Below are positions 52,666 to 64,000 of a stretch of 64,000 nt of DNA, in pieces. The stretch comes from Octopus vulgaris (Eukaryota): the NCBI GenBank assembly GCA_951406725.2, contig OX597839.1, forward strand, positions 22,320,001-22,384,000, written 5' to 3'. The position numbers and the translations under genes are program-made. How positions within the stretch are numbered: the first letter of the stretch is position 1; each line of letters begins with the position of its first letter. The notes under the pieces were generated by a model that worked only from the letters and a program-made list of their open reading frames with translations, had not been told where the DNA came from and did not search any database.

Positions 52666-52885
52666 CCCTTTAGTGTTCAGATTACTCTGTTAAATGTAAT
52701 ACTTTTTCACTCAAATTGTTTTGAATTAATCCTGCATTATCTTACAGCTTTGAGGTTTCAATGATGTGAATATTTATTTTTTGAATGTCAATGTAGGTTA
52801 GGTTTGAGGGGCTAAATATGGCCAGTTTGATTATAAAACATATAGAATATTTGGGCCAGATATGGCCGGTTTAAACACTAAAGGG
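52666..52885. mobile_element. piggyBac-type MITE, complete
   Basis: TTAA-CCCTTTAGTGTT...AACACTAAAGGG-TTAA. Confidence 0.88.
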
Positions 52886-53119
52886 TTAAGGACCAAACGC
52901 ATCAGTTGACGACGTATCGGCAACTTTTGAAACTTGTACACCTGGTTTTGTTTATAAATACATGTGACAACATTTTAGAGATTCAGTAATCGCATAGACT
53001 TTACAGTTGCCAAAACAAAACTGCAGGTTAGACGGAAGAATTCGACAGAAGAAGGGAATTACCAGAAGCAGTGAAACCAGTCCATGAAACCGGATTTAAA
53101 AACCACAGAGAAGCCCTAC

Positions 53120-53345
53120 TGCCACACATCGTACGAGTGGGGAAAAAATCGAAGCCTGTTGTTGTTTTGAGTTTCTTCTGAAAATAACCCCCCAAGAAGT
53201 CTGACACCGAATTTTCTTTATAACAAAAATGTGGTCAAAAGGTGTTTGACCGAATAGCAAAGCTTTATTCAGTCAAAGCAAGCAGAAGACGATGGCCAAT
53301 GCTCTGCTTTTCAAATGATATTTTGGATGCTGTTCTTATACACAG
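53120..53345 (+). pseudogene. piggyBac transposase remnant (element probably spans ~52478-54050)
   Basis: In-frame VFDRIAKLYSVKASRRRWPM matches the piggyBac D...YS....RRWP motif; upstream SY..KK.K.VVVLS-like segment. Confidence 0.7.
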
Positions 53346-53360
53346 CTCGGTAATATACAC

Positions 53361-53778
53361 GGCGATCTTTCGTCTCTAGTAGACCTTTCCGTCGATTTCC
53401 GTAAAAAAACTTTTTTTTTACATATGGGCTTGCGGGAACTTTTGAAGTAATATACATACTAATTATAAATTTCAGTTATCTCTTTCTTTCACACATTACT
53501 CTGTCTCTTCACACACACTAACAGAAGCACTTCACTTACACAACATACTGTCTGTCTCCCACACCCCATCAAACACACACACACACACACACACACATGT
53601 ACATCAATGCTTGCCATGCACGGTAACTTCAAAAGAACTTCCCTCGTCATACAATCGCTTCCTCTTAGTCTCTTTCGCTCTCATTTCTTCAAAAGTTCCC
53701 GCAAGCCCATATGTAAAAAAGAAAAAAAAATTTTTTACGGAAATCGACGGAAAGGTCTACTAGAGACGAAAGATTGCC
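53361..53778. mobile_element. MITE with ~85-bp TIRs, Merlin-like
   Basis: GGCGATCTTTCGTCTCTAGTAGACC... / ...GGTCTACTAGAGACGAAAGATTGCC. Confidence 0.8.
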
Positions 53779-54218
53779 CACCTGGCGGACTGAGGAAACA
53801 TCTTCCTCCAGAAATAAAGTCAGACATGTGTGAAATTGTTTTATAAACCTAACAGCGTGGTGGTACGTAAATAAACGGCGTAAATTAACGAAGGTATAAA
53901 ACCTGACGGAAATACACGAAGTTGACGACTTTCACTTCTGACAACCAAAGTCAGACATGTGTGACAGCAAAATGCTGAAGCAGAACCACGCAAATGTATG
54001 CAGCCTGTAAAAACCTCTTTAATTTTCACAGGTAAGGGCCCGAATGAGTATTATCAATTATTTAAAAAGTTTAAGATACCTTTGCGATATTTTAAACTTT
54101 TATATATTTCTGTATCTATCTTTTAAGACAATATTATTTTAGACCAAAACCTTCTGCGATGAGTTTTTGGTGTAATTTACCCTGTTCTTACTTTATAACC
54201 ACTCTTATGCCTAAATAT

Positions 54219-54474
54219 AAGGTTGTCCCAAAAGTTCGTAGAAAGTCTTGGAAAATAATGGTCTTTATTTTGAGGAATAAATTTTGTTGTTTTTGTTAGT
54301 ACTTGGCGAGTAAAAATTCAATTTTCGCAATTTTCGCAGGCATATACATATATACGACAGGCTTCTTTCAGTTTTCGTCTACCAAATCCACTCACAAGTC
54401 TTGGTTCGGCCCGAGGCTATAGTGGAAGACACTGGCCCAAGGTGCCAACCTAATATCTTTTGGGACAACCTAAT
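54219..54474. mobile_element. mariner-type MITE ends enclosing a SINE A fragment
   Basis: AGGTTGTCCCAAAAG / CTTTTGGGACAACCT. Confidence 0.55.
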
Positions 54475-55056
54475 ATCTTTAAGGTTTTAGACATTTCCCT
54501 GCCAAGAGCACTTATTCGAAATTCAGTATAGTCTATTCTCATTGAATATATATATATATTTCTTTACTACCCACAAGGGGCTAAACATAGATGGGACAAA
54601 CAAGGACAGACAAAAGGATTGAGTCGATTACATCAACCCAGTGCGTAACTGGTACTTTATTTATCGACCCCGAGAGGATGAAATATATATATATATATAT
54701 ATATAATGTGTGTGTATCGTTGCTTTTATGCAAAAATGTCGTAAGTCCGAAACATTGCTTTTTTTTCTCTTTTCTTTAGTAAAGGTTTCCCCATTCCATT
54801 TCTTATTACCTTAGCAACAGTTTCAGCTTAGCAATAATACTTTGTCGGGTGCATAAAATTGTAACACCAAAGCATGTATATTTTTTCAGTCAGAAATATT
54901 TTTGCAAAACTGTTGTTGTATGTGGGACTTACTACACTTTTGCAAAATGCTAAACCGTTCTACTACACTTTGACGATTTTTGATATCTTGGCATCTGAAG
55001 CAGCTGGAGATACGACAGTTTGACCAAAAGAACCGGCTATTGCAAGCCACATTAAA

Positions 55057-55430
55057 TCTCTTCTCTCTATATATAAACGGCAGTTTGTCTGTGTGTGTGT
55101 CTGTGTGTCTGTCAGGTTGTACCCTCACCCTGACCACGGCTTTCAACCGATTCTGATGAAACTTGACACACACATAGCCCAATGTCATAATTCAAAACTA
55201 ACGCAGCGAAAATTTTGAAAAGTTCCCCCAGTTCTGAAAAAAATCGATAAATTCGACATGGGATCGAGAATCAGAAACACAAACCACAGACTGTCTAGGG
55301 GACGCAACTCGACCTTTTTAACTAAAAAAAAAATTTACCATTTTTTTTCCATTTTTTGGCTATAACTCTCTAAAAATGCTTTATAGTTATTTCCCTTACA
55401 AACCCGATCAACGCCGGGCGATACTGCTAG
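55057..55430 (+). mobile_element. Non-autonomous Helitron
   Basis: A|TC...CCCG..CGGG..CTAG|T. Confidence 0.85.
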
Positions 55431-55527
55431 TATTGAATAAAATGCATTTGGCCAAATTTGGACTTACAACAGTTTAACATAATAGCAACGACACACACAT
55501 TTATAAAATCTTAGTTTTAATTTTTCT

Positions 55528-55789
55528 GGCAACCTTTCGTCTCTAGTAGACTTTTCCGTCGATTTCCGTAAAAATTTTTTTTTTTTTTTACATATGGGCT
55601 TGCGGGAACTTTTGAAGTAATGAGAGCGAAAGAGACTAAGAGAAAGCGATTGTATGACGAGGGAAATTTTTTTACTCGGTGTGTGTGTATATGTATGTAT
55701 ATTACTTAAAGTTCCCGCAAGCCCATATGTAAAAAAAAAAAAATTTTACGGAAATCGACGGAAAGGTCTACTAGAGACGAAAGATCGCC
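55528..55789. mobile_element. Merlin-like MITE, shorter copy with TSD
   Basis: Same TIRs as 53361-53778; 8-bp TSD ATTTTTCT at 55520 and 55790; GG...CC termini. Confidence 0.85.
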
Positions 55790-56021
55790 ATTTTTCTTGA
55801 AGAAATCGGTTAAACGAACGAAAATACTAATAGAGAATTATTCCAAATTCTGACTGCTTCTTTTGGAGAATATCTTAATCACTCTCACAGCGTTTTCATT
55901 AGAGAGACTTAGTAATTTTAATATTTCTATTATTGAAAACAAGTGGATGTATTCCACCGAAACTAGGTAAATAAAACCATCGAACAGAGATTGTCGGAAG
56001 CGACACCTACTGGCTGGCTAC

Positions 56022-56063
56022 GCTGCATTGAAAAGGGGCAATACCCCGAAACGCGTCTGTAGC
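56022..56063 (+). ncRNA. Minimal type I hammerhead ribozyme, U3-A8 core variant
   Basis: GCUGCA-UUGAAAA-GGGG-CAAUA-CCCC-GAAAC-GC-GUC-UGUAGC; predicted cleavage after C56057; stem I extends to ~56003/56081. Confidence 0.75.
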
Positions 56064-56226
56064 TGCCGGTCAAGTAGTGTGGAGCGACTGACCTCCCTTG
56101 TTCGAAGGTTATATGGATACAGTTTGTGTATCAAATAGCTAACTTAAGGCGATGGCCTCATGGAGCTAATAAGCGGACAGCTTTTTTCTTATTTTTATAA
56201 GAATGCCATATTAGTATGGCGATAAC

Positions 56227-56263
<37 letters not shown>

Positions 56264-56534
56264 ATGTCCAACATTTTAGAATATATGAAACCAAATTAAT
56301 TAAAAATAATTAAATAGAAGAGGTTTTTGCACATCTCTTACAATTTTTTTTTCTAATTTGCCAGCAAAATTTTCATTTTCGGCGACTTTTTAACACAACC
56401 GATGGCTGACATTCCCAAAGATGTTCTTCTGAAATAATTCTGCCAACCCAACCTTGATCAGCCAAATTTTCTGAATATCTGTTAAGGTAGGCATCTTCAT
56501 ATTTTTTCTCCTGTTATTTCAGCTTTTCACCATA

Positions 56535-56931
56535 GGCGCAGGAGTGGCTGTGTGGTAAGTAGCTTGTTTACCAACCACATGGCTCCGGGTTCAGTCCCAC
56601 TGTGTGGCATCTTGGGCAAGTGTCTTCTGCTATAGCCCCGGGCCGACCAATGCCTTGTGAGTGGATTTGGTAGACGGAAACTGAAAGAAGCCTGTCGTAT
56701 ATATATATATATATATATATATATGCGTGTGTGTATGTGTTTGTCCCCCTAGCATTGCTTGACAACCGATGCTGGTGTGTTTACGTCCCCGTCACTTAGC
56801 GGTTCGGCAAATGAGACCGATAGAATAAGTACTGGGCTTACAAAGAATAAATCCTGGGGTCGAGTTGCTCGACTAAAGGCGGTGCTCCAGCATGGCCGCA
56901 GTCAAATGACTGAAACAAGTAAAAGAGTAAA
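56535..56931 (+). mobile_element. SINE family A
   Basis: Family match. Confidence 0.9.
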
Positions 56932-57696
56932 GTTAAACCACAAATGTGAAATTCTGCCCCACCCCCCACAACTTTGTTTTTTTTATAACTTCCCCCCCAA
57001 AAAATTCATAGTTTTTAACGAAATTTTCCAGAGAATCGTTTCAGATGGTGTACCTTTTACCTTTTACATTTTTGAGTCATTGGACTGTGGCCATGCTGGG
57101 GTATCACCTTGAGGAATTTTTAACTAAATGAATCGACCTCAGTAATTTTAAAAAACAAAATAAATCTTGTACTTATTCTATCGGTCACTTTTGCCAAACC
57201 GCTAAGTTACGGGGACATAAACACACCAAGTGGTGGTCACACACACACACACACACATACACGACAGTTTCTGTCTACCAAATCCACTCACAAGACTTGT
57301 TTGGCTCAAGGCTATAGTAGAAGACATTTACCCAAGGTACCATGCAGTGGGACGGAACCCAGAACCATGTAGTTGGGAAGCAAACTCCTTACCACTCAGC
57401 CACACCTCAGAATTTGTTGTGGAAAAAAAAAAAAGTTGGAGCAAGCCGAGAGAAGTTTCAGATAATTAACACATCTCTAATTTGTTTTCTCTAGGATATT
57501 TCATACACCTTGACTTTGTTTCCACATTCGTTTTGATGTAGATTACGATTATATCAAAAACAAATCCGTTTTGAAAAACATTCCACCCCTTCCCTTCGAG
57601 AATTTATTAAAAGAATATTTTTTAATGAAATGAAATTTTTCTGAACGTAATCACATTCTACACCATCTGTAGAATCACATTCTACACCATCTGTAG

Positions 57697-57915
57697 AATC
57701 ATTTGTCCCCATCACTCATTTGTCCCCATCACTCATTTGTCTCCATCACTCATTTGTCTCCATCACTCATTTGTCTCCATCACTCATTTATCTCCATCAC
57801 TCATTTGTCTCCATCACTCATTTGTCCCCATCTCTCATTTGTCTCCATCACTCATTTGTCCCCCTCACTCATTTGTCCCCCTCACTCATTTGTCTCTATC
57901 ACTCATTTGTCCCCT
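57697..57915 (+). repeat. 17-bp minisatellite (CATCACTCATTTGTCYC) x ~12, preceded by a 24-bp doublet
   Basis: Direct inspection. Confidence 0.95.
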
Positions 57916-58098
57916 TCTCTATCCCCACTCATCCCAGTCTGTCTCCTATGAGAGTTTGGTCCCACAACAACCAAGTATGAAAGCAATACAATATTTAATT
58001 AATTAGTTCTTCCCTCTATCTCTTGATCAAAATAATCTGCGGAGTTGAGCTAACGATGTCTAACTCCACAGTATTTATTTGTTGATCATTATATTATA

Positions 58099-58579
58099 CT
58101 AGCGGTATCGCCCTGCGTTGCTCGGGTTTGTAAGGGAAATAACTATATAAGCATTTTTAGAGAGTTACTTCCCTTATAGATGCCAATTCGGGCTTTCTTA
58201 GCCATTTCTGTTTTGGTGTCTTCAAGCCATGAAGTCGTTGTTCTAAAAGAACGCTGGTCTCCTTGACAACGCATTACGACGTTGATTTCCTTACACTCCC
58301 TTCCCCACAGCTTCACGAGGGAGAAGCAAACAGGTGCAGGTGTGACCATGGACGCCAACTCCGTCGCCATCGACACACGAAAAATTATGCATTAAAATGG
58401 AATAAAAAATGATGTTAAATTATTTTTAAAATTGTAGACTCATCGTAGACGGGCTCGATATTAATCACGACTATAAGATACCCGAATTTGGTTAAACTGC
58501 ACCGCAAAATGTGGGAGTAGTTAGGAATCTAAGTCGTAGGAGACAGACACTCACACAACTACAGTTTTATATATATAGA
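58099..58579 (-). mobile_element. Non-autonomous Helitron, same 3' end but different interior
   Basis: CTAGCGGTATCGCCC.GCGTTGCTCGGGTTTGTAAGGGAAATAAC shared with 33457; TC start on minus strand. Confidence 0.8.
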
Positions 58580-59024
58580 TGTACCAACACCAACTTAACT
58601 ATGGTTTTTTTTCCCCTTGAGATGGTGTCTACAAGTAATGAACCTTGGTGATTTAAAAACGTAAGGAAAATGAAATATTTGTAATTGCCTCTGTAAATTC
58701 TCCCTAACACTCAATATTTCTCCTCCACTTCTTAGAATGTGCAGTCATTGGATAAACAATGCACCCTTCCTGAAATTAACCTTTGACTCCTGTAATTATA
58801 CTCGCATCCCCCACCTTTTCCGAAAGGGTTCCCCTGTGTGGTTCACACACCCCATACTACATTGTGTGAATTATCTACAAAAACCTAGGTCTGATAGGTT
58901 CCAGTTGCAACACATTTTCCGACATGTTAGGAGGAACCAATCCCTAACAAACTTTTCTGTTATTTTTTTCTTTTTACACCTGAATATTTTCACCTTTCTT
59001 TTTTTTTTTGTGTCCTGTCAGATG

Positions 59025-59720
59025 GGAAGGCACATGGCTCAGTGGTTAGAGCATCAGGGCTTAAATCATGAGGTAGAGAGTTCGATTCCAGGATTGGGTT
59101 GTGTGTTGTGTTCTTGAGCAAGGCACTTTATTCCACGTTGTTCCAGTTCACTCAGCTGTAGAAATGAGTTATGATGTCACTGGTGCCAAGCTGTATCAGC
59201 CCCTTTGCCTTTCCCTTAGATAACATCGTGGCATGGAAAGGAGGGGAGGCTGGTATGCATGGGTGACTGCTGGTCTTCCATGAACAACCTTGCCCAGACT
59301 TGTGCCTTGGTGGGGGAACATTCAAGGTGCAATCCCATGGTCATTCATGACTGAAGGGGGTTTTTACTCTTTTTACCTACCCTGGAGACTTGTTCTATGT
59401 TTGTGTCGTGGGAACTCCCTTACTGGCGCTTCATTGGCTTTTACAACGGTGAGGGTTCCAGTTGATTCAATCCATGGAACAACCTCATCCTGAAATTAAT
59501 ATGCATGAGTACTCCACAGACATGTGTACCTTTAACAAAGTATTTGGGGAGATTCAGTGTGGCAAGGCTGGACCTTTGAAATACAGGTACGACTCATTTT
59601 TGCCAGCTGGAGCAATAAAGTGAGATAAAGTGTCTTGCTCAAGGACACAATGCATTGCCAGGAATTGATCTGAAGACATTCTGATTGTGAGCTGAATTCC
59701 CAAACCAATAAGCCAGGCAC
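59025..59720. mobile_element. Two SINE C-type copies in opposite orientation (+ 59025-59365, - 59430-59720)
   Basis: Family matches. Confidence 0.75.
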
Positions 59721-59909
59721 CTTCACATGTGGAACCCATTGAATCAACAAACGGGTTCTGGTGAATGCAGTTGAGTTCTTCTGTAGGAGAACGCAAAGAT
59801 GGCTTTGCCATCTCTCAGGTGTTTTTCATAAGCTGGCATCTTGTTACTTAGCGATTGACGAGAAGATGGTTTTGACTTCTTTCAGGTGATTTTTGCAAGA
59901 TGCTATCTT

Positions 59910-59922
59910 GTTGCCTAGCAAC
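59910..59922. promoter_or_regulatory. RFX X-box-like palindrome
   Basis: GTTGCCTAGCAAC in unique sequence; related GTTACTTAGCGAT ~65 bp upstream. Confidence 0.3.
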
Positions 59923-60859
59923 AGACAAGTTCGTCACGCAGTGCTGGTTCTACTGCTTGTTCAATTCCCTTGATCCTCTGTGGGCTGCCAGATCAAAAAA
60001 AAAAAAAACTCTGCAAAATATATTTTGTCTGACGCACTAACGATTCTACCAATCTGCTCCGGACTGGCATTTTATTTTGTAGACGTTGGAAGGATGGAAG
60101 GCAAAACTGACCAGGTGGGATTTGAACTCGAAACAATAAGAGTTGAAAGAAATGCTACAAAGTATTTTGTCTGATGCTTTAACACTTCACCACCCTGTTC
60201 CAACCCCAGCCCTTACTCAGAGCTGCTTTAAACCAGTGACCCTTATTTCATGGAATCCTTGTATTGGAATTTGATATGGAATTTTATAATTTCACATCCT
60301 CTGCACAACACCTTAGGCAAATGTTTTCTTATACCGTCCTGGGTTGATCAATCCCTGATGAGTGAATTTGGTAGATGGAAGCCTGTTTTGTGTGTGTGTC
60401 TTTGTATCTGTGTTTGTTGTTCCATCTCGCTTCATGACCAGTGTTGGTTTGTTTGTGTCCCTCTTCAGCAAAAAAGACAATTAGAATAAGTATCAGACTC
60501 GAAAAATAAGTATTTGTGTTATGTTTGACCAAACCCTTAGAGGCTCTGCCCCAGCATGGCCACAGTCAAATGACTGGAACAAAACAGGGTGGTTTGCATT
60601 CACAATTGGAAGAACATGGTTTCAATTCCCAGACCAGTGGTGTATTGTGTTCTCAAGGTAAGCACTTCATATCTTGTTGCCTCAGTCCAATTGGCTGTAA
60701 ATGGGTTACCACCCTACGGCAGACTGGTGCCCTGTGCAGGGGAAATGTTGCCCTGCCTGCCTGCCTGACAGGATGGCATCATTCTTCAGAGGCTGCAACA
60801 ATGCGAGGAAGTTCAGTGATCAGTGATATATATCTGATAGTTTCATTGGTACATTGAGA

Positions 60860-61296
60860 TATCATCATCATCATCATCGTTTAACGTCCGCTTTCCATGC
60901 TAGCATGGGTTGGACGGTTCAACTGGGATCTGGCAAGCCCGAAGGCTGCACCAGGCCAGTCAGATCTGGCAGTGTTTCTACAGCTGGATGCCCTTCCTAA
61001 CGCCAACCACTCCGAGAGTGTAGTGGGTGATTTTATGTGCCACTGACACAGGTGCCAGACGAGGCTGGCAGACGGTCACGCTCGGATGGTGTTTTTTATG
61101 TGCCACCGACACAGGTGCCAGACGAGGCTGGCAGACGGCCACGCTCGGATGGTGTTTTCGGTGTTTTCTTATGTGCCACCGACACAGGTGCCAGACGAGG
61201 CTGGCGAACGGCTACGATCGGATGGTGTTTGTTACGTGCCCACAGCACGGAGGCCAGTCGATGCGGTACTGGCTACGGTCCCGTTCGGATGGTTTT

Positions 61297-61297
<1 letters not shown>
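60860..61297 (-). mobile_element. Repeat family D with three to four internal tandem units
   Basis: Family match. Confidence 0.85.
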
Positions 61298-61338
<41 letters not shown>

Positions 61339-61509
61339 TGTGAGTGTGTATAGATTATATATATAGTGTATGTATGCATGTGTATGTGGTGTGTGTGTAT
61401 ATATATATATATCCAAAATGGAGACAAACACTATCCCTCCATGTGATCGACTTGAAAAATTAAGATATTTTTCTTAACATGAAACTAATGGTAGACTTTA
61501 TATATATTC

Positions 61510-61912
61510 TTTTTCTTTTACTTATTTCAGTCATTTGACTGTGGCCATGCTGCAGTACTGCCTTTAGTTGAACAAATCATCCCCATGACTTATTCTTTGT
61601 AAGCCTAGTACTTACTCTATCAGACTATTTTGCCAAACTGCTAAGTTACGGGGACATAAACACACCAACATCGGTTGTCAAGCGATATTGGGAGGACAAA
61701 GACACACACGCACACATACATACATATATATACATACACACACACACATACAATGGGCTTCTTTCAGTTTCTGTCTACCAAATCCACTCACAAGCTTTGG
61801 TCGGCCCAAGGTTATGGTAGAAGATACTTGGCTAAGGTGCTATGTGGTGGGACTGAACCCGGAACCATGTGGTTGGTAAGCAAGCTACTTACTACACAAC
61901 CACTCCAGCACC
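61510..61912 (-). mobile_element. SINE family A, older copy
   Basis: Family match. Confidence 0.85.
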
Positions 61913-61916
61913 TATA

Positions 61917-62445
61917 TCTATATATATAAAACTCAACTTGTGTGTCTGTGTGTGTGTCTGTGTGTTTAACTTCCCGGCACATCTCCTCCTAGCCAACGAA
62001 TCGTAGAACCACCAAAAGTGGGTCACTTAAAGTTTAGGCGAATGAAAATTGAACTGCGCTATTTCTGTTCCGAAATTCATCTCGCAGGTGCAAAAATCGA
62101 TAATGTGTTTGTTTAGGCCTTATCCCATGCATTGAATAGTGAACTTTACTCAGTTACATTCTGATTTCAAATTCTGCCGAGGTCAGCTTTCCTTTTCATC
62201 ATTTCAGGGTCGATTAAAAACTGTACCAGTTGCACACTGGGGTCGATATAATCGACTTAATCCTTTTGTCTGTCATTCTTTGTCTTCCGAGGGGAGAGAG
62301 AGTGACCGAGAGTGTGAGAGAGAGAGATTGAGAAAGAGAGAATGAGAGAGAGAGTGAGAGAGAAAGAGTGAAATAGAGAGTTAGAGAGATTGTGAGAGAG
62401 AGAGTGAGATAGAGAATGAGAGAGAAAGCCGGGCAATACTGCTAG
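61917..62445 (+). mobile_element. Helitron-like element carrying a SINE B fragment and (GA)n
   Basis: A|TCTATATATATAAA start, GCCGGGCAATACTGCTAG|T end. Confidence 0.65.
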
Positions 62446-63217
62446 TATATATATAGATATATAATGTACCATTATCTACACACCTACACAAAATCTTCAA
62501 TGGTGTCACCACACATACTACGGTACGAGCAGTCACACAGTTTCACTCAGTACACACCCCAAACACCATCATGCACACACCCACACAAGCACGTAATACC
62601 TGAACACACACACATACACACACACACGCACACGCATAGACAAAGATAACTTTCGCCCACACTATTTCATCACAGACACACACATGCACACACCACTTGA
62701 AAAAGCCCACATCAACTGCTACACACACACACACACACACTGATCAGACTCACTTGCTCCCATTCACACACACACATGCTGAACTCCACCCTGTTTTTTC
62801 TCCATTTTTTCCCCCCTCTTATTCCTTTCTGTTGAAGAGAAAAGACTTTTCCATTTTTCCCCCCGAGTGTCAAACTAATACACCTGTTCGTTGTTCCTCC
62901 ACCTGTCTTTGTCTTGTTTTTCTGTTAATTTGAACTATATATATATATATATATAAATTTAACAATTAAGGATAACTTCTTAATAAGGAATCTTAACAAA
63001 AAATTATCAGGTAGTTAGCGTGAAATCCTCATAGGGTACGATTAGGTACGATTAGTGAAATTTTGGTAGTAATGACTTATGTCCCTCTTAGTGTGAGGCA
63101 TTTATGTGTAATAATGCCCTCTATACAATATATATATATATATATATAATCATCAAATAACACCTAAAGAAATTTGATCCACCAATGCGGTATTGAGCAC
63201 TCATATTGTTCAACACT

Positions 63218-63275
<58 letters not shown>

Positions 63276-64000
63276 ATTATATTAGGCATCTGTTTAGCAA
63301 TGTATCATCAAAAAGGAAAACAATTATTGTCATTAGATATGACAGAGGCTGTTAAAACACCTACAATGTATACATATATATATATATATATATAATATAT
63401 TAATAAATAAAATAAAACATATGCGTATATATAAACATATATGTACGTACCTACCTCTACATGTACATATACACGCATATATGAGTACAGGACACCAAAG
63501 GGACGTCGAACACAAAGAGAAACGAAAACATAGACACAAACCAAAGGAACTGGACATTTTTTAAAAACAACAAAAAAAATAGAGTACAGGACAATTAACA
63601 CAAAGAAAAAACCCCTTCTTCAGTCGCTAAGGTTTCATCTACTCTACGTTTCGAAGGATAAAAGCGAGATATATAGTATGTGTAGGAGGTTTGTGTGTGT
63701 GTGTTATTTCAATTTTGGTGATTCTTGTGTTTAATAGCAAATTCTCGAAGAAATCTAGAGAGAGAGAGAGAGAGAGTGTTAAATAATAATTCTGTTGCTG
63801 CCATTCAAACTTTGCTGTCTTTTAACTAAGCAAAACGGTTGGTGAAAGCAATAAGCCCCCCGCCCCGGTCACCATTTCTCAGAACCGATTCTCTGTCGGC
63901 AACCCGACACTGCAGCATTTGCTGTTAAGTAAAACAAAACACCGATTGTAATTCTTAGCTAAAACACTTGACATTTAAAGAAAGAAGTCTAGAATTTAGC

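Overview
AT-rich, microsatellite-laden eukaryotic DNA with no recognisable host protein-coding exon, so probably intergenic or deep intronic. The repeat families resemble those of octopus (cephalopod) genomes; this is an inference from recalled SINE sequences, not a search result. Nearly all listed ORFs are artefacts of (TA)n, (CA)n or (TAA)n tracts or of SINEs. Real content: about 28 copies or fragments of a tRNA-headed SINE with an internal microsatellite (family A), chains of a Meta-domain-like SINE (B), a CORE-like SINE (C), a (GAT)n-tailed repeat that appears to be a LINE 3' UTR (D), and a ~555-bp element found only inside (TAA)n (E). There are also decayed R4/Dong-like RLE retrotransposons in (TAA)n tracts, RTE and CR1-like LINE ends, Tc1/mariner and piggyBac transposase remnants, MITEs, non-autonomous Helitrons, minisatellites and several long palindromes. 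The most interesting signals are: (1) several minimal hammerhead-ribozyme motifs, including one with a compensatory U3-A8 core inside a long rod-like fold (~55974-56108); (2) a young SINE-B subfamily inserted three times at GGTAYTT inside older SINE-B copies; (3) a polarised set of elements living in (TAA)n tracts; (4) repeated local inverted or templated copies. Coordinates were counted by eye and may be off by a few bases.
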